Source of the DNA: Candidatus Bipolaricaulota bacterium
GTDB taxonomy: Bacteria > Bipolaricaulota > Bipolaricaulia > RBG-16-55-9
Direction of reading: 5' to 3'
Assembly: GCA_026982655.1 (NCBI GenBank)
Contig: JALSGO010000083.1
Location: 30-64,029 of the forward strand
Length of the DNA stretch: 64,000 nt
Shown one piece after another: positions 61,682 through 64,000 of this stretch. Under the pieces are notes generated by a model. That model worked only from the letters and a program-made list of their open reading frames with translations, searched no databases and was not told where the DNA came from. Within the stretch, counting starts at the first letter, position 1. Each line of letters begins with the position of its first letter. A program made the translations under genes and the position numbers.

Positions 61682-63124
61682 ATGAATGAGAAGACGTGGA
61701 TGATCGTGATGGTCGTGCTCGCGCTGGCCCTGGGACTGTGGTGGCTCTCCACACCGAAAGGCCCCCGGATGGAGATGGGGCAGAGAGCGGCCCCTGCGGC
61801 CGAGGAGGCCGTAGCCGGGGCTCAAGGGGGGCTGAACCGCCTGGCGTTCGTCGACCCGAGGACGGGCAGTCGGTTCACGGTCGAGGTCGGCCCGGCCACC
61901 CACGGCGTAGGCGTCCTGCCGGACGGCTCGAAGGCGTACGCCACCAGCTTCGGCGCCGACGAGATCTCCGTAGTCGATTTGGCCCAGAAGAAGACGGTCA
62001 AGACGATCTCCATCGGGGCCAAGTCCCACCATGTCGAGATCAGTCCCGACGGGCGTTGGGCCTACATCACCGCCGCGGACGACACCGTGGCCGTGATCGA
62101 CACCCGCACCGACACCCTGGCCGCGAAGATCGCCGTCCCGCCCGGCCCGATGTACGCCGTCTTCTCGCCCGACGGGCGCTTCGCGTACGTCACCAGCATG
62201 AAGGGCGGCGTGGTGAGCGTCCTCGACGTCGAAGCCCAGCAAGTCGTCCGGGAGATCCCCGTCGGGAAGGGGCCGGATCACGCGGCGCTCACCCCCGACG
62301 GGCGCTTCCTCTACGTCGCAAACCGCAACGACGGGACCGTGAGCGTCATTGACACCCAGCAGGGGAGCGTTATAGCGACGATCCCCGTGGGGAAGGGACC
62401 TCATGGGGTGGCCGTCGTCGAACGCGGTGGGAAACTGCTCGTCTTTGTGGGCAACCGCGGCGAGACGACGATCTCCATCATCGATCCCACGACGAACGCA
62501 GTCCTCGAGACGTTCGATCTGGGGGTAAGCCCCGAGCACCTCACGCCCTCCTTCGACCGCAAGACGCTCTACATCGGGAGCATCCCCGCGAAGCAGCTCT
62601 TCGTCTACGACGTCGAGCGCGGGGAGATCGTGCAGCGCTTCGACGTCGAAGGGGAGATCCACCAGATCGTCGTCGTGCCCCCACGCCAACAGGCCCGCAT
62701 GCCCATGCCGAGGATGCCCATGGAGCCTGAGCAAGAGAAGGGGAAAGAGATGGGCATGCCTATGGAAGTCGAGTACGAGCTCGTCGAGGTCGAGGGCGGC
62801 AGCTACCGAAATATCGACGCCCCCACCCTCTGGGCGATGCTCCAACAGAAGGACTTTCTGCTGATCAACGTCCACATCCCCTACGCGGGCGAGCTGCCCG
62901 AGACGGACTTGTTCATCCCCTTCAACGCCATTGAAGAAAACCTCGACAAGCTCCCGGAAGACAAGGACACGAAGATCGTGGTCTACTGCCGCAGCGGGCC
63001 GATGAGCGCGAAGGCCGCCGCGACGCTGGTGAAGCTGGGCTACACGAACGTCTGGAACTTAGAGCAGGGGATGCGCGAGTGGCAGGCGGCGGGGTTCCCA
63101 CTCTTGACGAACAAGGCGGAGTAG
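61682..63124 (+). CDS. Signal-anchored YVTN-family beta-propeller repeat protein fused to a Met-rich linker and a C-terminal rhodanese domain
   Basis: About seven repeats of the ...SPDG(R/K)xAYVxxxxxxxVSVID... type (YVTN/PQQ-like); MPMPRMPMEPEQEKGKEMGMPMEV linker; rhodanese-like C-terminus with active-site Cys (VVYCRSGPMSAKAA...NVWNLEQGMREW); GAGGAGGAGGGG RBS. Confidence 0.7.
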   Translation: MNEKTWMIVMVVLALALGLWWLSTPKGPRMEMGQRAAPAAEEAVAGAQGGLNRLAFVDPRTGSRFTVEVGPATHGVGVLPDGSKAYATSFGADEISVVDLAQKKTVKTISIGAKSHHVEISPDGRWAYITAADDTVAVIDTRTDTLAAKIAVPPGPMYAVFSPDGRFAYVTSMKGGVVSVLDVEAQQVVREIPVGKGPDHAALTPDGRFLYVANRNDGTVSVIDTQQGSVIATIPVGKGPHGVAVVERGGKLLVFVGNRGETTISIIDPTTNAVLETFDLGVSPEHLTPSFDRKTLYIGSIPAKQLFVYDVERGEIVQRFDVEGEIHQIVVVPPRQQARMPMPRMPMEPEQEKGKEMGMPMEVEYELVEVEGGSYRNIDAPTLWAMLQQKDFLLINVHIPYAGELPETDLFIPFNAIEENLDKLPEDKDTKIVVYCRSGPMSAKAAATLVKLGYTNVWNLEQGMREWQAAGFPLLTNKAE

Positions 63125-63131
63125 GTGCCCC

Positions 63132-63886
63132 ATGGTCTTAGACCCATCCGAGCCCAACCCGGCGCAAAAGGCGATGCCCTCGAAGGCCTTCCCCATAGAT
63201 CCGGAAGCGACGGGGGTCACGCGGGCGCGCTACGACCGCGTGGCCCCCGTCTATGACCTCTACGAAGGCCTGATGGAAGGGCTCTTCTTCCGCTCGTGGC
63301 GGCGGCTCGTCTGGGGCGCCGTCCAAGAGCACCTGGAGCACCTGCAGCAAATCGCAGCCGCCACGAGCGCAGCGAAGCCCCGCTTGCTGGAGGTCGGCGT
63401 GGGCACGGGCAAGAACCTGCCCTACTACCCCGGAGGCGTCGAAGCCCTAGCCATCGACCTCAGCGAGAAGATGCTGGAGCGCGCCCGGAAGCGGGCTCTC
63501 AAGCTGGGAAAGCCCGTAGATTTGCTCCCGATGGACGCCCAGGCCCTCGCCTTCCCCGACGAGTCCTTCGACGTCGTGGTGGCCACGTTCGTGTTCTGCT
63601 CTGTGCCCGATCCCGTCCTAGGGCTCCGCGAAGTCAACCGGGTATTGAAGCCCCACGGACAGGTGGTTTTGCTGGAGCACATGCGTCCGCGCTCCGAGCG
63701 CTTGGGGAAACTCTTCGATCTCTTCAATCCCCTCGCCGTGAGGCTGACCGGGGCGAACATCAACCGCCGTACGGTCGAAAACGTCCGCAAGGCGGGCCTC
63801 GAACTTGAGAGCGTAAGGGAGCTCTCGGCCCAAGGAATCGTAAAGCTTATCGTAGCCCGAAGGGGCTCACCCGAAGGAGGTCAGCC

Positions 63887-63890
<4 letters not shown>
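63132..63890 (+). CDS. Class I SAM-dependent methyltransferase (UbiE/COQ5-like)
   Basis: LEVGVGTGKNL (motif I), ...FDVVVATFVF..., ...LKPHGQVVLLEH. Confidence 0.85.

Positions 63891-64000
<110 letters not shown>

Overview
This is a gene-dense bacterial chromosomal segment with high GC content (about 68-70%). Canonical sigma-70 (TTGACA/TATAAT-like) promoters are visible, and gene overlaps of the GTGA/ATGA type suggest translational coupling. No rRNA, tRNA, CRISPR array, transposase or integrase was detected.

Housekeeping and miscellaneous part, about 0-32 kb:
- Envelope/secreted enzymes: a VanZ-like protein; a PurF-like class II amidotransferase flanked by two small ORFs resembling outer-membrane beta-barrels; a frameshifted secreted alpha/beta hydrolase.
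- A minus-strand gene string (11945 down to 4934) encoding secreted or stress-related enzymes: a beta-helix/HEXXH protein, an HGGG-motif esterase, an AhpD-like protein, a tandem-domain RsmC-like methyltransferase, an ABM monooxygenase and an S9 peptidase.
- Other genes: DoxX; a sigma-70 family (RpoD-like) factor; a 7Fe ferredoxin; a rhomboid protease; a DUF360 holin-like protein; a reversed hicB-hicA toxin-antitoxin pair; ornithine cyclodeaminase; an MFS exporter; a YfcE-like phosphoesterase; Cu/Zn superoxide dismutase (SodC).
- A second esterase paralog shares a roughly 365-bp near-identical inverted block with the first.
- The heat-shock operon is CIRCE - hrcA - grpE - dnaK - dnaJ. It is followed by a small ORF plus a Rad52-family annealing protein with their own near-leaderless promoter.
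- A truncated ComEC gene overlaps the Rad52-family gene convergently.
- A family-5 substrate-binding protein with two permeases lacks any ATPase gene.

Copper-homeostasis island, about 32.4-64 kb. This is the most interesting part. A CsoR repressor is present together with four near-palindromic sites, TCCCACCCC-N4-GGGGTGGGA, embedded in sigma-70 promoters (M. tuberculosis-type CsoR operator core). These sites precede:
- a Rieske - copA - csoR operon;
- a cytochrome b operon;
- a cupredoxin / CcdA-like / CopZ-like / second cytochrome b cluster;
- an RND/MMPL exporter.
The island also carries a second YHS-domain copA, two cupredoxin_1-like proteins, and three RND(MMPL) exporters with partners (two DUF1573 proteins, two LolA-like proteins, and a CFA synthase). 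The remaining island genes are a free YHS protein, a YVTN-propeller / Met-rich / rhodanese fusion, and a window-end protein with an (EH)n repeat.

Oddities in non-coding regions:
- a 39-nt poly-G tract;
- an (AGCA)n microsatellite and TGTACCA tandem repeats in a divergent promoter;
- several strong GC-rich hairpins.

Coordinates of regulatory motifs are approximate (+/- 2 nt).
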